This document shows, piece after piece, positions 11,796 to 22,892 of a DNA stretch of 64,000 nucleotides (the first letter of the stretch is position 1; the number at the start of each line of letters is the position of its first letter). Both the position numbers and the translations under genes were made by a program. The DNA is from Phyllosticta citribraziliensis (taxonomy: Eukaryota), in assembly GCF_038025025.1 (NCBI RefSeq), contig NW_027117355.1:1-64000 (forward strand), in the 5' to 3' direction. A model generated the notes under the pieces. That model saw only the letters and a list, made by a program, of their open reading frames with translations, made no database searches and was not told the DNA's origin.

Positions 11796-13633
11796 CTACG
11801 CCACCAGGTTCTCCGGCTTATCCCACTCAGCCGCTTCTCCGCGAGGCTTGCTCAGCGTGCTCTTGCCGCGGCGCAAAAACTTTCCATCTCCCTTGGCACC
11901 GACAATGCCGCCGCCATCGCGATCCCAAATAACGCTACCGCGCAAGATCGTGTAGCGCGGCCAGTTGGTGAAGCGCATGCCTTCAAAGGGTGTGTAGTCG
12001 ATGGCATGATGGAGATGAGCGTTTGTCAGCGAAAAGGGCGTCATCGAGACGGAGGTGCCGTCTGCTGCAGCAACCTGCTCCGCGGTGGGGTACCAAATCA
12101 CAAGATCGGCGTCATACCCTGGCGCGATGGCACCCTTGGTGTTTCCCAGCCCGTACAGTTTCGCTGGATTAGTCGAAGTTACCTCTACGAACTTCTGAGG
12201 CGTCAAACGGCCCGTCAGCACGCCTCCCTCCCACAACGTCGACATGCGCGTCTCAACGCCGGGCAATCCATTGGGCACTTGGCGGTAATCTGGCTGCGAG
12301 GTCACATCTGAAGGGTCGGCAAGACCGCGCTTCTTGCCGCAAGGATGGTCGTACTGCGACGTCGCGTGGTCAGAGGAGAATGTTGTGACGCTTCCATTTG
12401 CGAGCCCACGCCACATGCCGTCGAGGTCTGCCCGGGACGCGCGCAGAGGCGGGGAGCATATGTGCTTGGCGCCCTCAAAGGGGTCGGTAACGGGATGGGG
12501 TGCCCGCAGGGCAGCCGAGGTCAAGAAGAGGTAATGGGGGCAAGTCTCGGCATGAATGGGTAAGAGACGGGTCTGAGCTTGGCGCACATGCGACACCGCA
12601 GTTGGAGAAGACATGTGTACGAGAAGGATGGGTGTATCTGTGAGTTTCCCGAATGTCAGTTCGCTGGATCAAGAAGACGACACACGACCAAGGCAGGCAG
12701 GAGATTCAAACTCACCGACGAGTTCAGAAATCGCAATGGCGCGGTATGTGGCCTCATCCTCGGCAATCTGTGGCCGCGAGATGGAATGGTAAAAAGGTGA
12801 GTTGAGGTTTTTCTCCATCAGACGTTCGCCGATCCACGCAATCATGTCCGCATTCTCTGCATGGACCATGGTCGTCATTCCAAGGCTTCGAGTGGCCATC
12901 ATGACATCCAACATTTCTTTGTCGCCAAGCTTCAGAGGATCGTAAGTCATGTACAGCTTCACGCTGCTGATGCCATCAGCCATCATCGCGGGCAGCTCGC
13001 CAGTCATGATGGCGGGCGTGGGATTGGTGAGAATGATGTGGAAACCATAGTCGCAGTACGCCTGGCCGGTTGAGCGACGATGGTAGTCTGCCACGACAGG
13101 GAACAAAGACGTGTCGGCGCGAGTCTGCATCGCGAAGCAAATGACGGTTGTTGTGCCGCCAGCAATAGCGGAACGGGTGCCAGTCTCGAAGTTGTCTCCA
13201 GTGCTTGCAACCTCAATCGACGAATCCTGCGTGGAAATGTAAGTTCTCGGCCTTCAATGCATCGAAATCACGGCAACAGAACATTTGCCCTCGGCTTTTC
13301 CTTTTGTTTCTGTCCAGAAGTTCCCTTGGCTTTCTAGAATCAGAGACGAGCGAGTACATACTTGGTCCAGGTGTACGTGCGAGTCAACACCACCAGGCGT
13401 CACATACGCGCCCTGTGCATCAATCACGTTTGTTGCTGCCAAAATCGATGCCAGGTTCTGGCCAAGCAGCAAAATCTTGCCATCCTTTACAGCAATGTCT
13501 TGGGCTGGATGAACGTGAGCCGCTGTCACCTCGAAGCATGTCAGCACTTGCACAGCTTCTTTTTGTTTGCAATGGATTCGCTTACGACTGTGGCGTTCTG
13601 GACGAGGAGATCGACTTCAATTTTGACAACCAT
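11796..13633 (-). CDS. Dihydropyrimidinase / D-hydantoinase (cyclic amidohydrolase)
   Basis: PGGVDSHVHL, SAIAGGTTT, SSVKLYMTY (carbamylated Lys), VHAEN, FSSDH, PNGLPGVETR, STNPAKLYGL, DYTPFEG; three introns. Confidence 0.93.
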
Positions 13634-14011
13634 GATGGAAACTTGCCGCGCACGAGGAGCATTCGTGGGCAAGCGGCCATGTTAGTAGTAGTCCGCCAAG
13701 AACAGCTGTGGTGTTGCGGTGTCAGTCGGCTTGCCTATCTCTTCCGATAACCTCTCGACGTACTTATCAACTGGCGTCGGCCGCCTGTGCCGCACAACCT
13801 TCAACACCACACGGAACCGCAACCTTATCGCGACGCGCACAACCAACGGCAATGCTCAACGCTCTCCGGTCGGCCTACGGGCATCCCGTAACGACGAGCT
13901 TGAATGTTTAGAACGCCATGTTGATCTACTTATGCCCTCGATCCCCTGCTTGCGAACACGCGGTGCAGGACAACTGTTGTTGCAGAGACCAGCAATCCCA
14001 CTTCCGTTACG
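13634..14011. promoter_or_regulatory. Divergent promoter between the hydantoinase and the carbamoylase-racemase fusion
   Basis: 378 bp; GATA sites at 13735, 13745, 13763, 13824; CCGCCAAG at 13693; TGTGGTGTTG at 13707 (+) and 13801 (-). Confidence 0.55.
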
Positions 14012-15817
14012 ATGCCGCGCACTATCCGTCTTGCCGCCGCCCAGATGGGCGCGACGCACTACGCGGATCCCCGCCCGAAAACGTTGCAGCGCATGATTAC
14101 GCTGCTCGAATCCGCATCTTCAAAGGGCGCTCAAGTTGTTTTGTTTCCCGAAACGGCCTTCACCACCTTCTTCCCCCGCCATTTGATCAGTGATCCTGTT
14201 GAGCTCGACTCTTTCTTCGAACATGGCGACATTTCGACTCAGGCGCAGACTAAGCCCTTGTTTGATAGGGCAAAAGAGTTGGGTGTCGACATTTCCGTCG
14301 GCTTCGCGGAAAAGACGGATGAAGGCGAGACATTCAACGCCTGCATCTACTACCACGCTAAGACTGCCTCGATTCTTTCAAAGTACCGCAAGATACATCT
14401 GCCTGGCGACTTTGAACCTTTCGCGGATCCGGAGGCCACCAATCAGCTCGAAAAGCGATATTTCAAACCCGGCGATCTTGGCTGGCAAGCGTTTCGCGTA
14501 TCTGGGCTTGTCGAATCTCCGCCTGAACGTGGCGATCCCATCTTTGGCATGATGATATGTAACGACAGGAGATGGGCTGAAAGTTGGAGAGTCCTTGGTC
14601 TGCAGGGAGTGGAGGTCGTTTTGTGTGGCTACAACACCGCCGGATTCGCGCCACACCTCTGGGGCTCCGACAAGAACATGGATCCAGACCAGGCACGCGG
14701 AAAGGCGCTCTTCCATCACAAGCTGGTAATGCAGGCCCACAGCTACACCAACGCCTGTTTTAGCGTCAGTGCCGCTCGTTGCGGTTTGGACGACGGCAAG
14801 TATGATCTCATCGGCGGGAGCTGTATCACCGGTCCTGAGGGAGAGCTGCTGGCCGAGAACTCAACTTTGGAGGATGAGGTTATTGTCGCCGACTGTAACT
14901 TGGATGAGTGCAGAGCAGGGAAGGAACGCACATTCGATTTTGGCCGCCATCGGCGCGTTGAGCATTACGCCCGTATCACTGAACAAACGGGTGTCACGGA
15001 GCCCCCCAAGCTGTCGACGGAACCAAATGGCAACACTGCTGCTACGAACGCTCCCTCTGCGCGTACATCGGACAAGAAAATTCGCGTCCTTCTGATAAAC
15101 CCAAACAGCACGAAGGCCATGACTGATGCTTGCGTCTCCATGGCTCAATCTCAACTTCCTCCGGATGTCATTCTCACTGGATTCACGTCGCCGCGGCCTG
15201 CTCCGAATGCAGTAGAGGGTAACTTCGACAACATCATGTCCGCTGCCGCGGCAGCTCGGGCTGCGCTTCCACTGGCTGCGACACATGACGCCGTCTTGGT
15301 CGCGTGCTACTCCGACCACGCCCTCATTCGCATGTTGCGCGAAGAACTCCCGCATCAGCCTGTAATCGGAATCATGGAAGCCTCCCTCTTCGCGGCGCGA
15401 ACTCTGGGCGGTCGCTTTGGTCTGATTGCTGTCAGTGAGCGGAGCCGTGTCATGCACGAGGACTCGATCAGGCACTACGGCTTCGACGGATTCTGTGCAG
15501 GAGTTGTGAGCTGCAAGCTTGGCGTCCTTGACTTGCACGATAAGAGCCAAGAAGAAGTCATGGCGATTATGTGTGGAGTTGGCAAAGAGCTGGTGGAGCG
15601 CGGCGCTGACGTGTTGACGCTTGGGTGCGCTGGTATGACGCCTTTGAAGGCCGCCGTTGAGGAGGCTGTCGGAGAAGATGTGCAAGTCGTTGATGGTGTA
15701 CTGGCGGGCGTGCAGCACTTGAGTGGAATTGTCCGGATGGGAGGGCGAACAGCCAAGAGGGGAGTCTACAAGAGCTCGGCAGCTGGAAGGAAAGCAAGAG
15801 GTCAGGACTGGATATGA
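14012..15817 (+). CDS. Fusion protein: N-carbamoyl-D-amino-acid amidohydrolase (nitrilase superfamily) + Asp/Glu/hydantoin racemase
   Basis: 601-aa intronless ORF; N-domain FPETAFTTFFPR, KYRKIHLPG..LEKRYFKPGD, ICNDRRWAE (E-K-C triad, D-carbamoylase-like); linker; C-domain LINPNSTKAMT, ACYSDH, IGIMEAS, LGCAGM. Confidence 0.92.
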   Translation: MPRTIRLAAAQMGATHYADPRPKTLQRMITLLESASSKGAQVVLFPETAFTTFFPRHLISDPVELDSFFEHGDISTQAQTKPLFDRAKELGVDISVGFAEKTDEGETFNACIYYHAKTASILSKYRKIHLPGDFEPFADPEATNQLEKRYFKPGDLGWQAFRVSGLVESPPERGDPIFGMMICNDRRWAESWRVLGLQGVEVVLCGYNTAGFAPHLWGSDKNMDPDQARGKALFHHKLVMQAHSYTNACFSVSAARCGLDDGKYDLIGGSCITGPEGELLAENSTLEDEVIVADCNLDECRAGKERTFDFGRHRRVEHYARITEQTGVTEPPKLSTEPNGNTAATNAPSARTSDKKIRVLLINPNSTKAMTDACVSMAQSQLPPDVILTGFTSPRPAPNAVEGNFDNIMSAAAAARAALPLAATHDAVLVACYSDHALIRMLREELPHQPVIGIMEASLFAARTLGGRFGLIAVSERSRVMHEDSIRHYGFDGFCAGVVSCKLGVLDLHDKSQEEVMAIMCGVGKELVERGADVLTLGCAGMTPLKAAVEEAVGEDVQVVDGVLAGVQHLSGIVRMGGRTAKRGVYKSSAAGRKARGQDWI

Positions 15818-16047
15818 GCAGTCTTGGTGGGACGTCTACTCGGCAGGCAACAAAACGGTCCACATGAATGCAATGCGCTTTGAACGCCCTTGGCTCCTCT
15901 GTTTACTTCGCACCAAATTCACGGCACTTTGGCTTGAGAAGCAGCCACTTTATCGCAAGTTCTTCTATTTCGGCCCAAAATCTAACAAATTTACTACTGG
16001 TTCCGTGATATCTCCATTCATCAACCTTCTGACACTCCCTATCTTGA

Positions 16048-16989
16048 CTAATCTTCAATCGTGAAGTAGTTCCACCTACCGCGCTCAAATCCTTTCTCTC
16101 CGAGTTTCCTCGGCCTTCCCGGCAGCTCCGTCCACTCGGCAACCTGCTCAGCAATCCACCGGAGCGACATTTGACGGCACGTATCATCGTAATTGCCGCC
16201 TCCGCCAAGTTCTCCGGTATATTTCTTACTGGGATTCAACCGCTGGACAGCGTTGATGATCGGATGCATCGTCCGAAGCGCATTCTCGTATCTGACCTTC
16301 CGAGGGATTTTTTGGCTCCTATGTTGGTCTTGAAACACGAAGCTAGGGTCGTACACGCGATATCTCGCGTCTTTTGGAAGGAACTGTACCGCTGCATCAT
16401 GGGGAGCGGTGTCGTCGTTCACTTCCAATTGAGCCTCAGACGGCATGGTTGTGACGAGATAGATCGTTGAGGCCTGCTCGTCGTGCTTCAGGATTTCTTC
16501 TTCCACTGTTCCATGGTGCCATTGATCGACCTCGTACGCCTCGAACAAATCTGGATACCTCTGCTCCGTTACTTCTCCATCGTGCGGCATCGGGTCGAAA
16601 TGCGTTTCAAGCAGATACTTGGTTGCGTACCATTCAAAAAAGTCTTTACGGTCCTTGTTAGTCCCGAAGACTATAGCGTGCTCACCAACCTTGTACTTTC
16701 TGCTCGGCTTTTCCCTGGGATTCTTGTCGTTGTCTCGAAAGTGGGCTCTCATGAACCCGTTAGCCGCCTTACCGCAGTCTGCCTCGTAGTGATACTCGGC
16801 ATGCCTGTCCAGGCATGCATTGAGTAGCTTGAGGATCGCATCCACAAGCTGGTGTTGTTTTGCCCCTCCGAAATGTTCAAATTGATCATTGGTCGGCAGG
16901 CCCCTATCTGAGAGCAAGGTGCGCAGCACTCGATATGCGCCGTCGAGGTCCATCGGCTCGTCAAGAAGGGGGAAACCTAGGTCGCTCAT
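16048..16989 (-). CDS. Hypothetical protein (313 aa, intronless)
   Basis: Long ORF with globular-protein composition from MSDLGFPLLDEP; no family recognised with confidence. Confidence 0.7.
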   Translation of the reverse strand: MSDLGFPLLDEPMDLDGAYRVLRTLLSDRGLPTNDQFEHFGGAKQHQLVDAILKLLNACLDRHAEYHYEADCGKAANGFMRAHFRDNDKNPREKPSRKYKVGEHAIVFGTNKDRKDFFEWYATKYLLETHFDPMPHDGEVTEQRYPDLFEAYEVDQWHHGTVEEEILKHDEQASTIYLVTTMPSEAQLEVNDDTAPHDAAVQFLPKDARYRVYDPSFVFQDQHRSQKIPRKVRYENALRTMHPIINAVQRLNPSKKYTGELGGGGNYDDTCRQMSLRWIAEQVAEWTELPGRPRKLGEKGFERGRWNYFTIED

Positions 16990-18013
16990 AGTTGAAATCG
17001 TCCGCGGTCGAAAAAGTGTCGTCGTAGTAAATGGTGGAGAGTCGATGTCGAGATTGCGTGCTTGTTTCGAGGTCGAGGCGAAGGAAAGCTGAATTATATA
17101 TTCTGTTCTCTTTCTTCGGTCTGTTTTGTTCATACATTGTTCACATTGCAGCCTTTGTCGCCAATCGCATCAAGACTTCTTTGTCTGTTTTTTGTTCAAC
17201 TTGCTCTTTCAGCACTATGGCCGAATTTGGCATGCGAGACCTGTTTGGAGGTCGACAAGGAGCATTCACGGGCATCAAAAAATCCACAGAGATCTCCGGG
17301 GATTATTTGGGTCGAGTTTCGGTTCATGGGAAGCTCATAATTTCGTGCCATGCTTGCCACCAGAGATAGGTATTTCTCTACCGACCGTCCTGCGAAACCA
17401 CATCAGCCTTCGACTTTGTCGTTTCTACACAAAGTATTGATGTTTTTGTTGCTCTCGGACGATGGCTGAATGTCAAAGCCAACAGCACCGGGCGGGGATT
17501 CGACCAAAATAGCTTTGTCTCGAGGAACAAAGACACCGTCAATTCGCCCAATCCACGATCCGGGCTGTCTTTTTGAGCCTCAACACCACGCATCCTCTCG
17601 TCGTCTCTTCAAAGACCACCCAAAACGGCACTCAAACCGGCAAGTGGTTGATCGGGCCGACGCACGAGCTCTTGACCACTTTCAGGCCTTATCATCGCGC
17701 TATCACCTTATATCATAAGCATTCAATTTTTTTCCCTCGTCCTCTTCCACCGCAATCTTCACGTCGGCGCCTTCCGTCCATATTTACCCGGACCCCGAAG
17801 TCGTCACGACGAGCACGTCCGCGAGAAGAAGAAGCACCGGAGGCCTCCAGCTCGCGGGAAAAAAAAAATGGGCCCGGCAAGACGGCGGCCTGACGACACG
17901 CCAATCACTTGCACAATGACCTTCTAGATCCAGCAGCGCGATTATTATTTAAATGAGATGGCGGAACTCCATTCCTGCGTTGCCCCCAGGTCCCTCGCTC
18001 AACTACTCCCACG

Positions 18014-19271
18014 ATGCCATCTCTGGTCAAGTCTCTGCAAGCCGCGTCGGCGGCGCTTGCCGCTATCGTCCCGCTCGCCTCTGCAGTTCCCGCTGGCTTC
18101 TACCCTAGGAACGTGACGGGACCGTCCAAGCCCAAGGTCATCCTCGACAATGACTGGTCGACCGCTGGATTCATTACGTTCCTGCTGCCCCTGGCTTCCG
18201 ACTGGGACGTTCTTGGTGTCGTGTCGGACACGGCCGACTCGTGGGCGCTGCAGACGGGACTCCACGCGCTGGCGACTCTCGAAGTCGGCAACCTCTCGTG
18301 CATCCCCGTGTACAAGGGGTCAGACTACCCGCTGATCCAAACAGAGGAGCGGTTCCAAGCCTGGGAAGCCGTCCACGGCGTGCTGCCATGGGAAGGCGTC
18401 TTCGCGGCGAAGAACCTCACGTACGAGGCCGAGGGCAACGATCCGACGTCTGGCAACCCGGACCGCATCTCGCGCGCGGCGTTCTTCGAGGGCTTCCCCA
18501 ACACGACGTTTGCGAGCGACACCAACGCCGCCAACTTCATGGTTGAGCAGGTCAAGAAGTACCCCGGCGAGGTCAGCATCTACTCCGGAGGTGCCCTGAC
18601 CAACATTGCGCTTGCCGTGCGCATGGACCCCGATTTCGCGAAGAACGCAAAGGAGCTCGTCATCATGGGCGGATATATCGACGTCAACCTGCTCCAGACC
18701 TCCGGCTCCGTGATGCAGGCCGACTTGAACTCGGACGTGCGTTGATCCTTTGGGGAAGAGAACCGGAGATTTCGCTGACCTTCCGCGCAGATCAACCTGA
18801 TCGTGGACCCGGAGGCGGCCAAGATTGCGCTGACTGCGGACTTCCCCAACATCACAATTGCCGGAAATGTGGCCAACCAGGTTCAGTCGACGCAGGACTT
18901 CCTCGACGAAGTGTACGAGGTCAAGAACGTGTACTCCGAACTGATGTACAACTACTACGGCACGACGTTCCCCTTCTGGGATGAGACGGCTGCGGCGATT
19001 ATTCTGGACCCCAGCATCGTCAAGAACAGCACAGAGTGTCAGTACCAATCGTAAAACTGTTGGAAGTCGGAAATCCTAACATGAATCAGTCTACCTTGAT
19101 GTTGATGTTGCGTACGCCAGCCCCAGCTACGGAAACATCCATGCGTACCAGGAGGCTCTGGCACCGCCGAACGTCCGCACCGTCAACTACGTCACCGAGA
19201 TTGATGGCGCCAAGCTGAAGAGCATGATCAAGAAGGCGGTCCAGTACCCAAAGACCTGTGCGCAGTTGTAA
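18014..19271 (+). CDS. Secreted inosine/uridine-preferring nucleoside hydrolase family protein
   Basis: Signal-peptide-like N-terminus; KVILDNDW, GALTNIALA, LVIMGGY, INLIVDPEAAKI, FWDETAA; introns 18737-18790 and ~19038-19089. Confidence 0.88.
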
Positions 19272-19605
19272 GCCTGGAGGGATAAGATATGACACGATGA
19301 AAAAGAATAAGAGCCGCTTTGCAATGGAGACGTCTTCATGTAATGTAATAGAGAAAAACATTTTGTATATCAGTCTTCTAAGGCGCAAGCAACAAGGACC
19401 CACCGCAGGACTTCGAGATCAAAACCTGAGCGCAAGAAATGACATGGAGAGTGCATTGCGGAGGTTTTTGCAAGGAAGGTAGACACGAAAGCGCGATGAC
19501 TCCAGCAGAACGCGCTGACACTGGGGCGGGTTGACGAATGCTCCGCGTTCGAGCGCGCTGACATAGGCAGGGGCAGACAGATGAATGCTCCATGCGTGAA
19601 CGCAG

Positions 19606-22107
19606 CTACGACTCAAGGGAAGCAAACAACTGGTAGCTTCCCTCGAGATGCTGCGTAACCATACGACCGATTGCATGACAACCGTCGTCGACAACGTAGT
19701 CCCAGGCTTGAGCCACCCTGGAGAAGGGAACTGACATGAGGTTGTCGGTTTTCTCGTCGACATAGCTGTCAGTCCCAACGTTTTCAGGATTGGCCAGCGC
19801 GAACAAGAGGTATCCAACGATTCCAGGGAGCTCGTACTCGTGCTGAAGATAATTGGGGCCGAACATTTGCTGAAGATGCGCGTCGCATGCGTTCTTGGCC
19901 GTCTGAAGCATCATCCAGGCTGCGAAATGCATGTAGAGGTAGTCGAAATGGAATTCGTGAGTGCCAGTCTCTCCATGGAGAGCATTTGAAAGCTTCCCCA
20001 GAAGTTCGGGAATGGTGAGGCGGGGCAGGGTTTGGGCGCGCTTTCGCAGTCGGGCTTTGTCGATCTTGCTGACGCTGAATAGAGTGCCTTTGACTGGACT
20101 CCAGGGACCTTCACCAATCTCCTCTGTGTCGTCGTCCTCTTCGTATGTAATTGTTTTCTCCATGATCTTCTTGAGCTCATCAGGGCTGAAATCAACGCGT
20201 CCGGAACCCTCACAGTAGCGATGCATGAACACACGGGCCAATCGGGCTTGATACTTGAAGCCCTTTAGGCCGGACTGGGACCGTTGGATAAGCCGGCGGG
20301 CCTCAGGTGGATAGGAAGCAGCAGATACGCCATCCATGATGGCGTACCGTTTCAAGAAATCTTTCCGATCCTTTGGAGCTTTGCTGCCAAATGCAGTCTC
20401 GTCAGGTTGAAGTAAGGACAGCAGGTGCATGTCGGTCCACCGCTTTTCGAGGATCTTTTCCTGTTTGAGTGCGTTGTAGAGGTGACGAGCGTAAAGAATG
20501 GCGCCCCATGAGTTGGCATAGTCTACGCCTATAACATGGAAGCGCATTTGCAGCGTGTACTGGAACAAACCGCAGAAGATAGGGTTGTTCTTGAAATGGC
20601 AGTGTTCCCCTAGGGTACTCGGGCTTCCATGTCGCTGCAGAAAATTGTGAACCAAGTCGTTCTCAACCCAGTCGCGGATGCTTTCCCGGACCTCAATCAA
20701 GGCCGAATCTTTCGAAGCGGGCCATGTTGGACAATGATTGTTCCGCTCAAGATTGTTGTCAATCGACTGACTGAGATGTGTACCAACCCCTTTAAGCTCC
20801 GAAAAGGCACGAACAACGTCCCCTCGCAAGCAATGATGAATATCCAGCAGTATTTGCACGCTGAGTACGTTCCATAGACAGATCTTCCGAGTCTCAACGG
20901 CGATTCTCAGTCCTCGGATAAGTTCATCTTCAGCGTACACACCTTTTTCTTTCTCCCCGGCCATTCGGATCAAGGCCATCAGCGAGTCCAGGAGCTCCGG
21001 AAGCAAGACCTTGTCCGATTCATACTTTTTCCTGGGGGCTTTGGAATTCCAGTCGCCGGTGTAATCGACCTTGCCGAAATATCCCGGTTTGCTGATCGGG
21101 ATCATTTTCGGGTCCTCTTGAACCACTGAAAGGAAGTTCTTGAGGAGGAGATAGGTCGGAAACATGACTGGGTCCGCGTCGTCGTAGGTGATAAAATTCA
21201 TGTCGTCTCCGGGCTTTTGGCGGTAGTCCACGTCGTATCCCTTGCCATCGCAGATGGCGAACCACCAAGCACAGTAAATCTTTTCGAAACCGCCGCAGTT
21301 TTCAAGCGCGCCAGAAATGTCCTGTTCCAATTGGCGCGCAAAGTCGATGGCGGTGTTGGTAGCCAAAGCCGCGGAAACGCTTCTGTATTTTCCGCCTTTG
21401 AAGCCCACCCAAATCTCAGCCACGGCTTTTCGGATCTTGTGAACATCCTCAAGCAGACACCTGAATGCAAAATAGACCTCCAGCGGGTCTTCGAACTGGT
21501 CGGCCTTGTATTCAGGTTCGAATTCGAAGTACGTGTCCGAGTCCGGGTCCAAAAGCTGGAATACACAGGAGAATACGCCAAATGGGCGGGGCTTCGTCGG
21601 GTCAGAAGAGTCTCCGGGAACGGAAGAAGTTGCAAAGTCTTCGAGAATTGTCTTGACTTCCTCGAGGACGCTGACAAAGTACTTGTGGTTTCTAATTGTG
21701 ATACCCCGAAGTACGGTCTTAGAAGTCAATGACCGACCGTACTCCTTGCGTAGCGAAATTGCACGATCGAGAGTCTTGAACAAGCTGTCTGGAACCTGAA
21801 CATTCGAATCCGTGGATGTAGCAATGAACTTGGCCAAAGTGGTGAAGGCACTCGTTTTGAGGAGGCAATTTTTCTTCTCAGATGCGGCTGGTGTGGAGTT
21901 TGCCTGCTTCTTTCCGTTCTTCGTGGCCTTCACTTTGGATTCTTCCGGTTTCTGCGGCTCAATGGGGCCAGTCGACTCGGTCTCAACATTTTCCAGCAGC
22001 TCTCCCGAATACCCACAGGAGCGCGCGGTCTTGGCCAGCCATGAAGCCACTTCGTCCGTGTCTTCCTTGTACTGAGAATAAGTGCTTCGGAGAGTGAATG
22101 AGGCCAT
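19606..22107 (-). CDS. DUF6604-like conserved fungal hypothetical protein (833 aa)
   Basis: Intronless ORF; N-terminus YSQYKEDTDEVASWLAKTA..LDRAISLRK..HKYFVSVLE resembles DUF6604 proteins; ATNTAIDFAR. Confidence 0.8.
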   Translation of the reverse strand: MASFTLRSTYSQYKEDTDEVASWLAKTARSCGYSGELLENVETESTGPIEPQKPEESKVKATKNGKKQANSTPAASEKKNCLLKTSAFTTLAKFIATSTDSNVQVPDSLFKTLDRAISLRKEYGRSLTSKTVLRGITIRNHKYFVSVLEEVKTILEDFATSSVPGDSSDPTKPRPFGVFSCVFQLLDPDSDTYFEFEPEYKADQFEDPLEVYFAFRCLLEDVHKIRKAVAEIWVGFKGGKYRSVSAALATNTAIDFARQLEQDISGALENCGGFEKIYCAWWFAICDGKGYDVDYRQKPGDDMNFITYDDADPVMFPTYLLLKNFLSVVQEDPKMIPISKPGYFGKVDYTGDWNSKAPRKKYESDKVLLPELLDSLMALIRMAGEKEKGVYAEDELIRGLRIAVETRKICLWNVLSVQILLDIHHCLRGDVVRAFSELKGVGTHLSQSIDNNLERNNHCPTWPASKDSALIEVRESIRDWVENDLVHNFLQRHGSPSTLGEHCHFKNNPIFCGLFQYTLQMRFHVIGVDYANSWGAILYARHLYNALKQEKILEKRWTDMHLLSLLQPDETAFGSKAPKDRKDFLKRYAIMDGVSAASYPPEARRLIQRSQSGLKGFKYQARLARVFMHRYCEGSGRVDFSPDELKKIMEKTITYEEDDDTEEIGEGPWSPVKGTLFSVSKIDKARLRKRAQTLPRLTIPELLGKLSNALHGETGTHEFHFDYLYMHFAAWMMLQTAKNACDAHLQQMFGPNYLQHEYELPGIVGYLLFALANPENVGTDSYVDEKTDNLMSVPFSRVAQAWDYVVDDGCHAIGRMVTQHLEGSYQLFASLES

Positions 22108-22892
22108 GTTATTCGTTCATAAAACTGTGGAGAATGATTGTTGGTAGGATGACGGTTGAAAATGGGGGCAACGTTGGGAATCGGACGGAATGAGGTTGAG
22201 CCAGGAGGGGTTCAATTCAAGCTTCTGGTTCCAATCTCCGTGGGCACGGATCCCTGCGCTTGTCGACACCTCCAACCAAACCAGGGAATTTAGCGCTAAG
22301 GCAGCAATCAAGGCAATCGCTAGTGACCATTCAGGCACATATGAGCGCTCTTCGTAGTGACCATGCAAAATTTTCATGCGTAGAGAAGCTTCAACAGGAG
22401 GTTTTCCCAACACCGTTGGCATCCGTGGAATAGTGCATCATAGGTCATACACATGGCCATATAAAGAACTTAGCGGAGCTTTTCTGGCCTTCGATAGATG
22501 ATCGGTGGCAAGTACTCATTCAATGCTGGAACCAAGACTCGGCGACGAAAGTCGTGGCACGCGCAAGGAAAGTAGGCGACCGGAGGAAGTGCACACAAGG
22601 AGCATTCGTGCGATATGACAGGCAATTAAGCATTCAAGGCCCACAGCGCTAAGGTGAAAGGGACGGTACTAGGAGCATACGTTCGCTCCAGTTTGTCATC
22701 CAGCGTCGAAAAGAGACTTGGGGGGGAAATTCGACCACCTGAAGGGGATGGTGCCGGCAATATCGAACTCGGCGATGGCGGATGCCCAGGTGCCCGAGCC
22801 ACGACTTCTGTCAAGACTTGAAACATCAGATTCCGGCCGATCTTTCAGGTATCCGAAGCCAGTCAAGGCCGTTGAGCTTACCAGACGACATT

